DNA from: an uncultured virus (IMG/VR IMGVR_UViG_3300042561_001850)
Lineage: Duplodnaviria; Heunggongvirae; Uroviricota; Caudoviricetes
IMG/VR virus record: IMGVR_UViG_3300042561_001850
Reading direction: 5' to 3' (one strand)
DNA length: 64,000 bases
Below the pieces are notes generated by a model. It had not been told where the DNA came from, did not search any database, and was given only the letters and a program-made list of their open reading frames with translations. A program made the position numbers and the translations under genes. Each line of letters begins with the position of its first letter. Position 1 is the first letter of the stretch. Of the stretch, positions 28,576-37,403 are shown in pieces.

Positions 28576-30011
28576 GCATTGACCGTCGGCTGGAGCTCCA
28601 GCAGCGGCTAAGCGACGAACTGCGGGGCCTGGAGGATGAAGCGATCGGGCGGATCGGTCGCGTCTTCGAGGGGGCCCTGCGGGAAACGGTCGCACGCATT
28701 TTTGCGCAGCTCGATGGCATCGCCGCCCAACCCGCCTATGACCCAAAGACCACCCCAGGGGCGTTTTTGGGATCCACCCCCGAGGGGCAGGTATCGATCG
28801 ATCCGGTTTTGAAGAATCAAGCCCAGCTGATCCTGCAGGGGCAGCTGCTCCAAGATCTCCGGCAGATCGTCGATTCGATGCAGCTCTCCCCCCGGCGGAT
28901 GGAGCGGCTGGAGAGCGAACTGAAAGCCCTGTTCGATCGGGCCCAGGGACTGGGCAGCGAATATGCCCTCCAGATCACCGGGGCAGAACTCGAGCCCTCC
29001 CTGGCGGCGCTCTCCCCTGAGGGGCAGATCGAGCGGCTGCCAGGCCAGGGCCAGGGCCAGGGGCCGGGCGACGGCCCGCCGCTGTTGCCCAGCCAGCAGG
29101 GTCAGCAGGGCCCCGCACCGATCGACATGCCATCGGCGCCAGATCGGGGGTACCAGGGTGGGCAACGGCTGAGCCGGCTCTTCGATCTCAGCGGTGCGGT
29201 GATCGCGGCGGAACGTGATTTCAAGAGCCTGTCCGAGAACTACGCCAAAGAGCGTGACGCGGCCTCCGATGAGCACGTCAGGGCGTCAAAGGCTTACTAC
29301 GCCAAGTGGTGGGCTGAATGGGGGGAATCGGTGTCATTTGAGACGGCGCGCCAGATGGCCCAGGGCCCCGATCCCCGGGCGCTGAAGGCCAAGCTGCGGG
29401 AGAGGATCCCAACCATCAACGAGGCCTTCAAAAACCGGGCGGAAACGATCGCCCGCACCGAAACCTTGATGGCATCTGGCGAGGCCCAAGAGCGGATCTA
29501 CCGCCGGCTGCGGGTTGGCTTTGTGCAGTACCTGGCGACGCTTGATGACCGCACCTGCGAGTTCTGTGCGCCCCGATCCGGCTGCATCTACTGGATTGGT
29601 GGGGTGAAAACCCCGATCCATCCGAACTGCCGCTGCGGCGAGAGCCCGATCACCTTGGAATCGCTGGTGATCCAGAACAGCATGGCGAAATCGCCGGAGC
29701 AGACCTGGGAGGCCGAGTTCCAGGCCCATGCGGCGGCCACAATGGCCTATTTCCGGGCGGCCGCCGGCGCCGATGCGGTGCCCCGGCCGGTCGGTGGGCC
29801 CGGGGACATGCGGGGCAAGTCTGCTGACTACCCCCTGATGGAGCGCAAAGGCCTGCCGCAAAGCGTGGCCAGGAAAGCCTTGAGCCCAGATGACCCACTG
29901 AACCAGGCCGCGCGCGATTGGCCAGCTGGGGACCCGGTGTGGTGCCCGCGGCGAGGTTGGCTGGACCAGCAAGCCAGGGCGGCCTATGAGGCGATTTTTA
30001 GATCGGTTTGA
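28572..30011 (+). CDS. MuF / phage head morphogenesis (minor capsid) protein
   Basis: RAETIARTET, ATLDDRTCEFC, PIHPNCRC. Confidence 0.88.
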   Translation: MSIDRRLELQQRLSDELRGLEDEAIGRIGRVFEGALRETVARIFAQLDGIAAQPAYDPKTTPGAFLGSTPEGQVSIDPVLKNQAQLILQGQLLQDLRQIVDSMQLSPRRMERLESELKALFDRAQGLGSEYALQITGAELEPSLAALSPEGQIERLPGQGQGQGPGDGPPLLPSQQGQQGPAPIDMPSAPDRGYQGGQRLSRLFDLSGAVIAAERDFKSLSENYAKERDAASDEHVRASKAYYAKWWAEWGESVSFETARQMAQGPDPRALKAKLRERIPTINEAFKNRAETIARTETLMASGEAQERIYRRLRVGFVQYLATLDDRTCEFCAPRSGCIYWIGGVKTPIHPNCRCGESPITLESLVIQNSMAKSPEQTWEAEFQAHAAATMAYFRAAAGADAVPRPVGGPGDMRGKSADYPLMERKGLPQSVARKALSPDDPLNQAARDWPAGDPVWCPRRGWLDQQARAAYEAIFRSV

Positions 30012-30022
30012 TCAAGTACCCG

Positions 30023-30466
30023 TCAAGTACCTATCGCTTGAAGAGCAGCATTAGCTCGCTCAATCCATTCCAGTGCATGTGATACGCAACCTGAGCCGTG
30101 AATTGGGCACTCTGGTATAGCCCTGAGAACTTGATTGCGGTTTTCAAGCAGCCTATTGGTAAGGTCCAGTTCCTCTTTTAAAGGCGATAAGGCCCCTGGC
30201 GGCACCAGCCACTCCAGGTTGCAGTGCTCGCATTGAGCGATGAAACTCTCGACTGATTCAGCCCAGATGTGGCAAATACCACGAGAGCTAACTTTAACAA
30301 GCTGTGGCGAATACTCCGGGGAATGGATGGTACTGGCTATGTCGCGACAAGTGCGGGGCTTGCCGGGTTGAAAGTCAACAATGCAGACAATCGCTGCGGT
30401 TTGGGCCAACGTCCAGAGCTGGCGATAATCCCTGGATGTTGGGTAGTTGGCAATGGGTACGATCAT
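30023..30466 (-). CDS. Hypothetical protein
   Basis: Probable ATG at 30466; C-terminal IPECPIHG..C. Confidence 0.55.
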   Translation of the reverse strand: MIVPIANYPTSRDYRQLWTLAQTAAIVCIVDFQPGKPRTCRDIASTIHSPEYSPQLVKVSSRGICHIWAESVESFIAQCEHCNLEWLVPPGALSPLKEELDLTNRLLENRNQVLRAIPECPIHGSGCVSHALEWIERANAALQAIGT

Positions 30467-30717
30467 GAATGGGCTGTGAGTTGGGCACGGATAGCCAGCA
30501 TTTCGGAGCCAAGCGGGCACCAGTCTGGAGTTGTCCAAGATGTATCGCCTACCTCGCGTCTAGCCTTTAAAATCCCCCAACCGTGCGAAGGATGAGTGCA
30601 GTAAATATAAAGTCCGCTATCACCTTGGTGGCAGTAGTACTGCTTTGAGCAGTATCGACACCCATTGCAGGATGCAGATATGTGAAGACTGGGTCCATCT
30701 CGTAAATCTGGTTCCAT
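30463..30717 (-). CDS. Small Cys-rich hypothetical protein
   Basis: CNGCRYC...TPDWCPL. Confidence 0.55.
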   Translation of the reverse strand: MEPDLRDGPSLHISASCNGCRYCSKQYYCHQGDSGLYIYCTHPSHGWGILKARREVGDTSWTTPDWCPLGSEMLAIRAQLTAHS

Positions 30718-30721
30718 GATG

Positions 30722-30985
30722 TTAGGTACAAGTATGGGTCAGGTCAGTTACAGCTTCTGCTGCACCGTGTTCCGTAAATCGCAGCGATCGGTGACCATGG
30801 GGTTGCCAGGTCACCCAGCCCTTTTTCTTCAGCTGGGTCAAATGCTGGTAAATGCTACTCACGGTGGCAATTTCAAGAGCCTGCGCGAGCTCTTTTAAAG
30901 TTGGAGACTGGCCGTGGAGATTCTGGTGTTTGAGGATTGCCATGGCGACATCGTGCTGGCGGCGGGTTGGTTGCTGTAGTGCCAT
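30722..30985 (-). CDS. Stand-alone LexA-type DNA-binding domain
   Basis: TRRQHDV..ILKHQNLHGQSPTLKELAQALEIATVSSIYQHLTQLKKKGWV..RSL; no peptidase S24 domain. Confidence 0.8.
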   Translation of the reverse strand: MALQQPTRRQHDVAMAILKHQNLHGQSPTLKELAQALEIATVSSIYQHLTQLKKKGWVTWQPHGHRSLRFTEHGAAEAVTDLTHTCT

Positions 30986-31088
30986 AAACAAAGTTTCAAA
31001 CCGCCCACATATTGTACAGGAACATGAATGGCAAAAAAAAGAGCCGCAATGCGACTCTTGGACAATTTCATGTTTGTGCAAAACCTGT

Positions 31089-31382
31089 TCAGCTGGGTGC
31101 CCCAGGGACAGCATCCAGAATTGCATTGATGGCGGCATCCTCCTCAGCATCCTCTGCAACCACAGATTGCAGTTCGGTCACTTTGGCGTTGGCTGCATCG
31201 GCAGCTTCTTGCGCGACAGTTGCGGCAGCTTGTGCGACAGCAATCGTTTCGGCATCGGCAGCATCGTTGGCCAGGGCAGCGGCTAAGGATGCTTTGGTTT
31301 CAGCCAATTCGCTTTTCAAAGCGGCTTCACCACTTTGAAGAAACTGAATGACAGCGTTTACGCGATTAACAAGAGCGGACAT
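31089..31382 (-). CDS. Ala-rich acidic coiled-coil protein
   Basis: MSALVNRVNAVIQFLQSGEAALKSELAETKASLAAAL... Confidence 0.55.
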   Translation of the reverse strand: MSALVNRVNAVIQFLQSGEAALKSELAETKASLAAALANDAADAETIAVAQAAATVAQEAADAANAKVTELQSVVAEDAEEDAAINAILDAVPGAPS

Positions 31383-31507
31383 GGTTTTAAGCAAACAAAG
31401 GGAACGTTGGTTCATTGCAGTAATGAACCGGTAGAAAGCAAAGTCCATTTACTGGGACCCAGAAGCAGCACGGATGCGCTGCAACACCATGCTAGGCCAA
31501 GAAATCG

Positions 31508-32167
31508 CTAGACCGGATTGGAGCGCTTTAGTGCCTCCAACAACTGATTGGTTCGCCACTGCAACCACTTGGCCTCATCTTGTAATTGTTGTTCTTCTGT
31601 GGGGAACATAACAGCCATGGCCTGGCGACCCTCGCCGCTGATGATCTGGGTTAGCTTTTTCGAAAAATAAAAACCACCAAGGCTATCAACTAACCCTACA
31701 TAAAACCACATGTTTGCATCATTTGGGGCTTGCTCCAGAAGGGATCCGAATTCTGCGGGTTGGGGCTCGGAAGTAACATTGACGGCAAGTGCCCAACGAC
31801 GTTTGACAAAAACCCAGCGACAAACCGGGTCTAACTCAGCTGTTTGGCCAGGATCCACATCAATGGGCGGCGGTGTGATGATGCGAATCTGCTCGGTTTC
31901 GTAAGTTGCCTGCGACAACAACCAGGCCCAGGGCCCAGCCAGTATCTGAGGCCGTAACCGGCCACTAATTTCCATGGCCAGATAGCGAAGCCAGCCCGAC
32001 TGGGCTGGGCTCAGGCCTCGTCGCTGTGTGGCCAGCTGCAGGGCAAAGTCCCCAACGTTTTGATTGGCGCGATCGGCGTCAAGGACGATTTGGCGCGCTT
32101 CGGCGTCAGTTAGATCGCATTCGAACTCAATAATGCAGCCGTTCTTTTTATGCAGTTGGATCAGCAT
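31508..32167 (-). CDS. Hypothetical protein
   Basis: 219-aa ORF. Confidence 0.55.
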   Translation of the reverse strand: MLIQLHKKNGCIIEFECDLTDAEARQIVLDADRANQNVGDFALQLATQRRGLSPAQSGWLRYLAMEISGRLRPQILAGPWAWLLSQATYETEQIRIITPPPIDVDPGQTAELDPVCRWVFVKRRWALAVNVTSEPQPAEFGSLLEQAPNDANMWFYVGLVDSLGGFYFSKKLTQIISGEGRQAMAVMFPTEEQQLQDEAKWLQWRTNQLLEALKRSNPV

Positions 32168-32226
32168 TGGTTCACAAAGATAAGGGCGCCAAGGCTTCCC
32201 TTAGCGCCATGGGAAAGGAGAAAAAA

Positions 32227-32424
32227 TCAGCCTGAGACACCCACCACTTGAACGAGGGCGCCCAGGGCTTGAGCTGCGTGAGCCCGCAATCGCTCGGCAT
32301 CCAGCCGAGTCAACTGAAACGGGAATTCGCACAATTGCCAGAAGCCTGGGTCAAATCGATTCCAGGCCAAGTAATGAGGAGTGACCCCTTTTGGCGTCAC
32401 TAAGCGCACCAAATAGCTTTCCAT
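32227..32424 (-). CDS. Small hypothetical protein
   Basis: 65-aa ORF in the leftward operon. Confidence 0.45.
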   Translation of the reverse strand: MESYLVRLVTPKGVTPHYLAWNRFDPGFWQLCEFPFQLTRLDAERLRAHAAQALGALVQVVGVSG

Positions 32425-32429
32425 AAAAC

Positions 32430-32738
32430 TCAGTCCTGGCGCAGAATCGGGGCGACACCTCGCTGATACTGCAAGATCTGAATGGCATCACGCATCTGCA
32501 TGATGTGTGGGAACAGGATGGCACCACCTATAAGCAGGCACCAAAGCATTAAGTGATTCCCAAGCGACAGCATAAACGACACGATAAAGGAATCGATTCC
32601 ATCGGATTGGTGCCTTTTGGATTGGCGTCTTGTTGCCGGCTGGCGAAACTTTTCACTTTGGAGTGATTCAGCATTTTCGCTGGTTTTGCAACGACGCAGC
32701 CGCCGGCTCTCAGCCAAAGCGGTGTTGGGTTGAGTCAT
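32430..32738 (-). CDS. Small putative membrane protein
   Basis: Probable ATG at 32738; hydrophobic LMLWCLLIGGAILFP. Confidence 0.45.
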   Translation of the reverse strand: MTQPNTALAESRRLRRCKTSENAESLQSEKFRQPATRRQSKRHQSDGIDSFIVSFMLSLGNHLMLWCLLIGGAILFPHIMQMRDAIQILQYQRGVAPILRQD

Positions 32739-32771
32739 GGGTCCGATCAGTAATCGGTCTGGACTTGTCAA

Positions 32772-32791
32772 GCATACAGGATCTTGGATGG
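32772..32791. promoter_or_regulatory. Putative operator copy 4 (GCATACAGGATCTTGGATGG)
   Basis: Identical to 5805-5824; between divergent operons. Confidence 0.55.
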
Positions 32792-32804
32792 CATGGAAGG
32801 GCGC

Positions 32805-32856
32805 GCCCTGCCGCTGGCGGCAGCCGTGCCCTGCCGCTGGCGGCAGCCGTGCCCTG
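32805..32856. repeat. 23-bp tandem repeat (2.3 copies) with an internal palindrome
   Basis: gccctgccgctggcggcagccgt x2 plus gccctg; core CTGCCGC-tg-GCGGCAG. Confidence 0.85.
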
Positions 32857-32895
32857 GCCGATCGCCTTAGCTTGACCAGACACCAACTGATTCGC

Positions 32896-33204
32896 ATGAT
32901 CGAAGAACAATTTGCCCTGAACGCACTCGCCACTTGGGTTCACGCAAACGGGATTCATCAGGTCAGAACCGCATTGGCATTTGCCAATCAAGCGGCCCAG
33001 CAAGAAGACATTGATAGCGATGGTCTGGCGGCCATGTTGTTAGAGGAGGGAGAACGCCTTCGCAATGAGCCCACCCCAAGTGGTGTTACAACCGATCAGC
33101 TTGCTCCAGTGCCAAATCCGGAGCAAGATCCTGACGAGGTAAAGCCTCCACAAACCCAGTCACTTCAAGCAAAGGAGGCAAAGCCTGACAAGAAAAATCC
33201 GTAA
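32896..33204 (+). CDS. Hypothetical protein
   Basis: ATG at 32896; first gene of the effector operon. Confidence 0.5.
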   Translation: MIEEQFALNALATWVHANGIHQVRTALAFANQAAQQEDIDSDGLAAMLLEEGERLRNEPTPSGVTTDQLAPVPNPEQDPDEVKPPQTQSLQAKEAKPDKKNP

Positions 33205-33222
33205 CATGTTAATCAAGGTTCA

Positions 33223-36072
33223 TTGACACCAAGAGAAACAGCAGTGGATGTCAGGCAGGAAACAGCGTCGCTCGTTAAATCAATCATTGACGAACTGATT
33301 CACGACAGCGTGCATCTGCTGACTCTCAATACATCTGGCGCCACTGGTGAAACTACTGGCACCTTTCGTGCTGGCCAATTGGTCTACAACTACAGAATTC
33401 AAGGCAATAACGTTACTTATTCGCCCGTTAGTGACAATTCAGCTGGACGTGCTGACGCCAAGCGGGGCACAGCCAGCAAAACGGTGCCCAGGGGGCATCC
33501 TGGATTCAGGCGGATCGAAACCCGCATGGCGCGGCTGGACGGTGCGACTGCCGCCATGGCGGCGATTGATCCGATCACGGCGCCACTGACGGCGGTGCTG
33601 GCCGCATCGCTGCCTGGGGCGGCCGTTTTGAGCTGGGACCGGCAGCACGCCCCCCAGGGCCAAAGCCTCACCGGGCGAGTGGCGGCAGCTGGGCTGGTTT
33701 ACCAGTTTCGCGTCGATGGCGAAGCCGTGCGGTTCCGCCCAGCCTGGGATGTCGAGACCGATGCAACCTGGGCGGCGAGGTCTGAAGGATTTCTGGCGGC
33801 CCGGGGCCACCGCCTCGATTTCCGTGACACCCGAGCCAAAGGCAAGAGCGCCAGCAAGCGGCGGTGCACCACCGGCTACGGCTGCGGGGCCACCTGCATC
33901 TCAGTCAACAAGGAGTGCGTCATCAGGGCCGCCAGCGCCATCGGCAAGGAGCGGTTGCGGCGGCTGCAGGAGCTAGTAAGCCAGGGCGACCCAAATGCCG
34001 GGAAGGTGCAGGCGGCCGTGCAGGCAGGGCGCAATCAAAAAGCCAAAGGCCTGCAGGAGGGCCGGCAAGTGGAGCGGTTGCGGGCAATGCTGCAAGATCC
34101 GGCGGTTGCCCAGATGGTCCGCAGCGGCAAGGTGCCCGCAGCAACGGCCGCGGCGCCCGGCCCCGGCCTGGGGGGGCCCGGCCAGGGGGGCCTGGCAGGG
34201 ACCGTGGCGGTCGTGGCGCCGGACTCCATCGAGGTGGATCCCAAGCGCTTCCAGTTCAAGCTCCACTCATCTGCCAGCGGAGAGGTTGGCTCCCTCGCCG
34301 GCATCAAAAAATGGGACGACAACCTCGCCGGGGTGATCTCGGTGTGGCAAGACCCGGCCGATGGCAAGACCTATGTCGTGAACGGGCACAACCGCCTCGC
34401 ATTGGCCAAACGGATGGCGGCAGAGTCCGTGACGATCCGGTACCTCAAGGCCGCCAATGCCAACGAGGCCCGTGCGATCGGGGCCATGCAGAACATCGCC
34501 CAGGGCCAGGGCAGCAGCGTCGATGCGGCGAAATTCTTCCGGGATTCCGGCATCACCGATCAGGCGGCCGTTGAACGCGCCGGCCTCCCCCTCCAATCCG
34601 GCAAGGCCGCCCAGGGCCTGGGGCTGGCCCGGCTGCCCGAGTCGATGTTCCGTGCGGTCATTGACAACGAGCTTTCAATCAGCCGTGGCGCGATCATCGG
34701 TAATTCAGGGCTGAGCAAGGCCAAACAGGGCGAAATCGGCAAGCTGTTGCGGCAGCGCAAAAACATCTCCGATGGCACCCTGCAGGAGTACGTCGAAAAC
34801 CTGGCCGTCAGCGTGGCCAGCACGCAGGGGGCCCTGGACATCTTCGGGGGGCAAGAAACGGTCGACAACGGCCTGGCGCGGGCGGAGCTCGCCAACAACC
34901 TGCGGCGCAAGCTGGCCCGGGAAAAATCGCTCTTTGCCACCGTCAGCAAAAGCCGCGCGACCGAGGCCCTCCAGCAGAAGGCCGGCAACAAGATCAACCA
35001 ACGGGAAAGCGCCGAAGTTGCCGCCGAAGCCGATCAGGTGCTGAGGGTGTTCAAGGAGCTGAAGGACAAGGCCGGCCCGATCGCCACCGCCCTCAACAGC
35101 GCCGCCAACCGCATGCTGAAGGGCGACCCGGCCGCCCAAGTGAAGAAGGAGCTGGAGGAGCAGGTGATCGCCGCCATGCAGCTGGAGCTGGAACGGGCCG
35201 GCTTGCGCAAACCGAAGAACCTCGCCAACGAGGCACCCACGGCCAGCATGTTCGACAGCCTCATCAGCCGGATCATCCGCCTGGATGCTCGCGCCCGAAC
35301 CACCCCGGGCCAGCTGCCCTTGATGGCCGGTGGCGCCCAACTCGATCTGGGCATGCAGCGTGGCACCACCACCAGCCAGGGTGGACGCAAGCCGCCGGCA
35401 GTGGGCCGGGCCGCCAAGGCCGCAGCTACCGGCAACAGCAAAGCCGGCAAGCCCTGCGGGGATGGTCACATCTCTGCGGCCCTCACCTGCCACAAAGGAG
35501 GTGCAGGGGCCGGCAATGGGGCCATGGTCTACGCCGGTGAAAGTGATGACGGCAGCCGGTTTGTTGATGCCAAGCCGAACGCCGCGCCGTTGTTCAAGAT
35601 CCCCCCTCGCCAGGAAACACCAGCAAGCCCAACGGCCAGCAAAACCCCGCTGGCCGATGCCATGCGCCAGGCAATCCAGCAGATGAAGGCGGCAGACGTT
35701 CGGCAGATGTCGATGCTGGCCAACCAGCTGTTCGAATCCGAATGGAGCCTGGAGCGCAAAGGCAAATGGAAGGGCATGACCAAAGCTGCCGCCCAACAGG
35801 CCTACATCCAAGAGTTTGGCCAACAACTGCAGGAGGCGCAAGCCCAGCGCCAGCAGCAGGCTCAGCAAACTCAACCGGCAGGCAGTGGCGCGCCGATGAA
35901 GCTGTCCCAACGCATGCGACAGCTGACTGAGGCGATGAAAGCGTCTGACGAGCGGATGGCAAAGCTGGGGGAAAAGATCTTTGAGCTGCGCCGCAGGACC
36001 ATGGGCCTCGACAGCCCCCCGGATGAGGGGCTGACAGGACCAGCGAGCCGGACACTGCCACGAGGGAAATGA
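33223..36072 (+). CDS. Modular effector 3: two beta-modules, Cys4 knuckle, ParB-like domain, second leader/knuckle, coiled coil
   Basis: RRCTTGYGCGATCISVNKEC; IEVDPKRFQFK..GKTYVVNGHNRLALAKR; IIRLDAR..PGQLPL..GKPCGDGHISAALTCHK. Confidence 0.75.
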   Translation: MTPRETAVDVRQETASLVKSIIDELIHDSVHLLTLNTSGATGETTGTFRAGQLVYNYRIQGNNVTYSPVSDNSAGRADAKRGTASKTVPRGHPGFRRIETRMARLDGATAAMAAIDPITAPLTAVLAASLPGAAVLSWDRQHAPQGQSLTGRVAAAGLVYQFRVDGEAVRFRPAWDVETDATWAARSEGFLAARGHRLDFRDTRAKGKSASKRRCTTGYGCGATCISVNKECVIRAASAIGKERLRRLQELVSQGDPNAGKVQAAVQAGRNQKAKGLQEGRQVERLRAMLQDPAVAQMVRSGKVPAATAAAPGPGLGGPGQGGLAGTVAVVAPDSIEVDPKRFQFKLHSSASGEVGSLAGIKKWDDNLAGVISVWQDPADGKTYVVNGHNRLALAKRMAAESVTIRYLKAANANEARAIGAMQNIAQGQGSSVDAAKFFRDSGITDQAAVERAGLPLQSGKAAQGLGLARLPESMFRAVIDNELSISRGAIIGNSGLSKAKQGEIGKLLRQRKNISDGTLQEYVENLAVSVASTQGALDIFGGQETVDNGLARAELANNLRRKLAREKSLFATVSKSRATEALQQKAGNKINQRESAEVAAEADQVLRVFKELKDKAGPIATALNSAANRMLKGDPAAQVKKELEEQVIAAMQLELERAGLRKPKNLANEAPTASMFDSLISRIIRLDARARTTPGQLPLMAGGAQLDLGMQRGTTTSQGGRKPPAVGRAAKAAATGNSKAGKPCGDGHISAALTCHKGGAGAGNGAMVYAGESDDGSRFVDAKPNAAPLFKIPPRQETPASPTASKTPLADAMRQAIQQMKAADVRQMSMLANQLFESEWSLERKGKWKGMTKAAAQQAYIQEFGQQLQEAQAQRQQQAQQTQPAGSGAPMKLSQRMRQLTEAMKASDERMAKLGEKIFELRRRTMGLDSPPDEGLTGPASRTLPRGK

Positions 36073-37403
36073 GACCGATGCGAAACGACGGGGCGCCTGG
36101 TGCACCGGGCGTGGCAATGAACTCCTTGGAGATCCGTCTTGAGCGGCTCGACGCCCGAGGGAAACCGGGAATTCCCTGCGGGGAGAGCTTTATCAATGCC
36201 AATGACAAGTGTCACAAGGGAAAGGGGGCGACAGGGATGCCCCCAAAACTGGCCGCAATCGTGAAGCAAGCTCAGGCCCGAAGAAGGGAGATTGAGGCGC
36301 TGAACGCATCACGTCGCAAAACGCTCGAAGCTGGTGCTCAGGGCCTGGAGATCACATCGGCATCTGAAGACTTCCCCGAGGAGTCCAAGGCGCCAAAAGT
36401 GCAGGGCCGTTTACCAGTGAAAGCGCTGGGGAGCGGCAATTTTGGTGACACCTACCTTTTCAAGACAAAAGACGGCACCAAGGTGGTGGTCAAGGTTGAT
36501 CGCCTCTCCAACCAAGATCCGAAAGAGGATGGCTTTGATGTGCCGCAAGAAACGCAAAGGCTCAATGCCGTTACCCGTGAACACGCGGCCATGCATCGAG
36601 CGAGCGAGCTGGGCCTTGGCCCCAAACCCCTCAGCAATGTGCAAAAGCTTCCGGATGGCCGGCTTGCCTTTGCCTATGAGTTTGTTGATGGGATGAGGCT
36701 GTGGAAAGATCACCGAAGTGCCGAGCCCACCCCCGAGGCACTCGACCTGCTGGAGCAACCAGGCTTTAAGGCCAAAATTGCGGCAAGCGTTGGGAAGATT
36801 GCCCGCATCATGGCCGAAAGCGGCTTCGAGCATGGGGACGGACATGGCGGCAACATCCTGCTTAAGCAGGACGGGACGATTTCGCTGATCGATTGGGGCT
36901 ACAGTTCCCAGTCAAAGGTGGGATCCGCAGCAGAGAAGGCACAGATTGAAGCCAGGCAAGCTTGGATTATGGGGGATATGTTCGGTATCAACGGATCTAT
37001 AAACATGAGGGCAAGAAATGGTCTCGGTGAGGTAAAGGGACCAATCAGCGGCGAGACAGGGTCTACCCCTCTAAATGTTTTTCAAGTAAAAATCAGCAAG
37101 GCACTGACAGCCGAGCAGCAAGTGATCAAGGATTACGAAAGTGCATGGAAAAAAGATCCAAAAAACATTCTCAGCGTTGACAAAGAAAACCAGCTTTTGG
37201 ATGAAGCTATTCGTTTGAACAGGGAGAAGGGAGTGAATTTCAAGGAGGCACAGCGCATAGTGGGCATCGAGCCCTTGCTGACACCCGAGATTTTGAGCAG
37301 GGCCGCCGCCGCCCGTGATGCGATCTTCGGCGAACGGCAGCTGCGGACGATGCGCCGCATGATCGATACCCACTACCAGGCCTGGAACGACTACCAGCCA
37401 TGA
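36069..37403 (+). CDS. Modular effector 4: leader/knuckle plus protein kinase-like domain
   Basis: LERLDARGKPGIPCGESFINANDKCHK; LGSGNFGDTY, VVVK, REHAAM, HGDGHGGNIL, IDWG. Confidence 0.82.
   Translation: MRPMRNDGAPGAPGVAMNSLEIRLERLDARGKPGIPCGESFINANDKCHKGKGATGMPPKLAAIVKQAQARRREIEALNASRRKTLEAGAQGLEITSASEDFPEESKAPKVQGRLPVKALGSGNFGDTYLFKTKDGTKVVVKVDRLSNQDPKEDGFDVPQETQRLNAVTREHAAMHRASELGLGPKPLSNVQKLPDGRLAFAYEFVDGMRLWKDHRSAEPTPEALDLLEQPGFKAKIAASVGKIARIMAESGFEHGDGHGGNILLKQDGTISLIDWGYSSQSKVGSAAEKAQIEARQAWIMGDMFGINGSINMRARNGLGEVKGPISGETGSTPLNVFQVKISKALTAEQQVIKDYESAWKKDPKNILSVDKENQLLDEAIRLNREKGVNFKEAQRIVGIEPLLTPEILSRAAAARDAIFGERQLRTMRRMIDTHYQAWNDYQP

Noticed and set aside
28572..30011. MuF polymorphic toxin
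   Set aside because: The C-terminal extension shows no toxin motif I recognise, and no co-oriented immunity ORF follows
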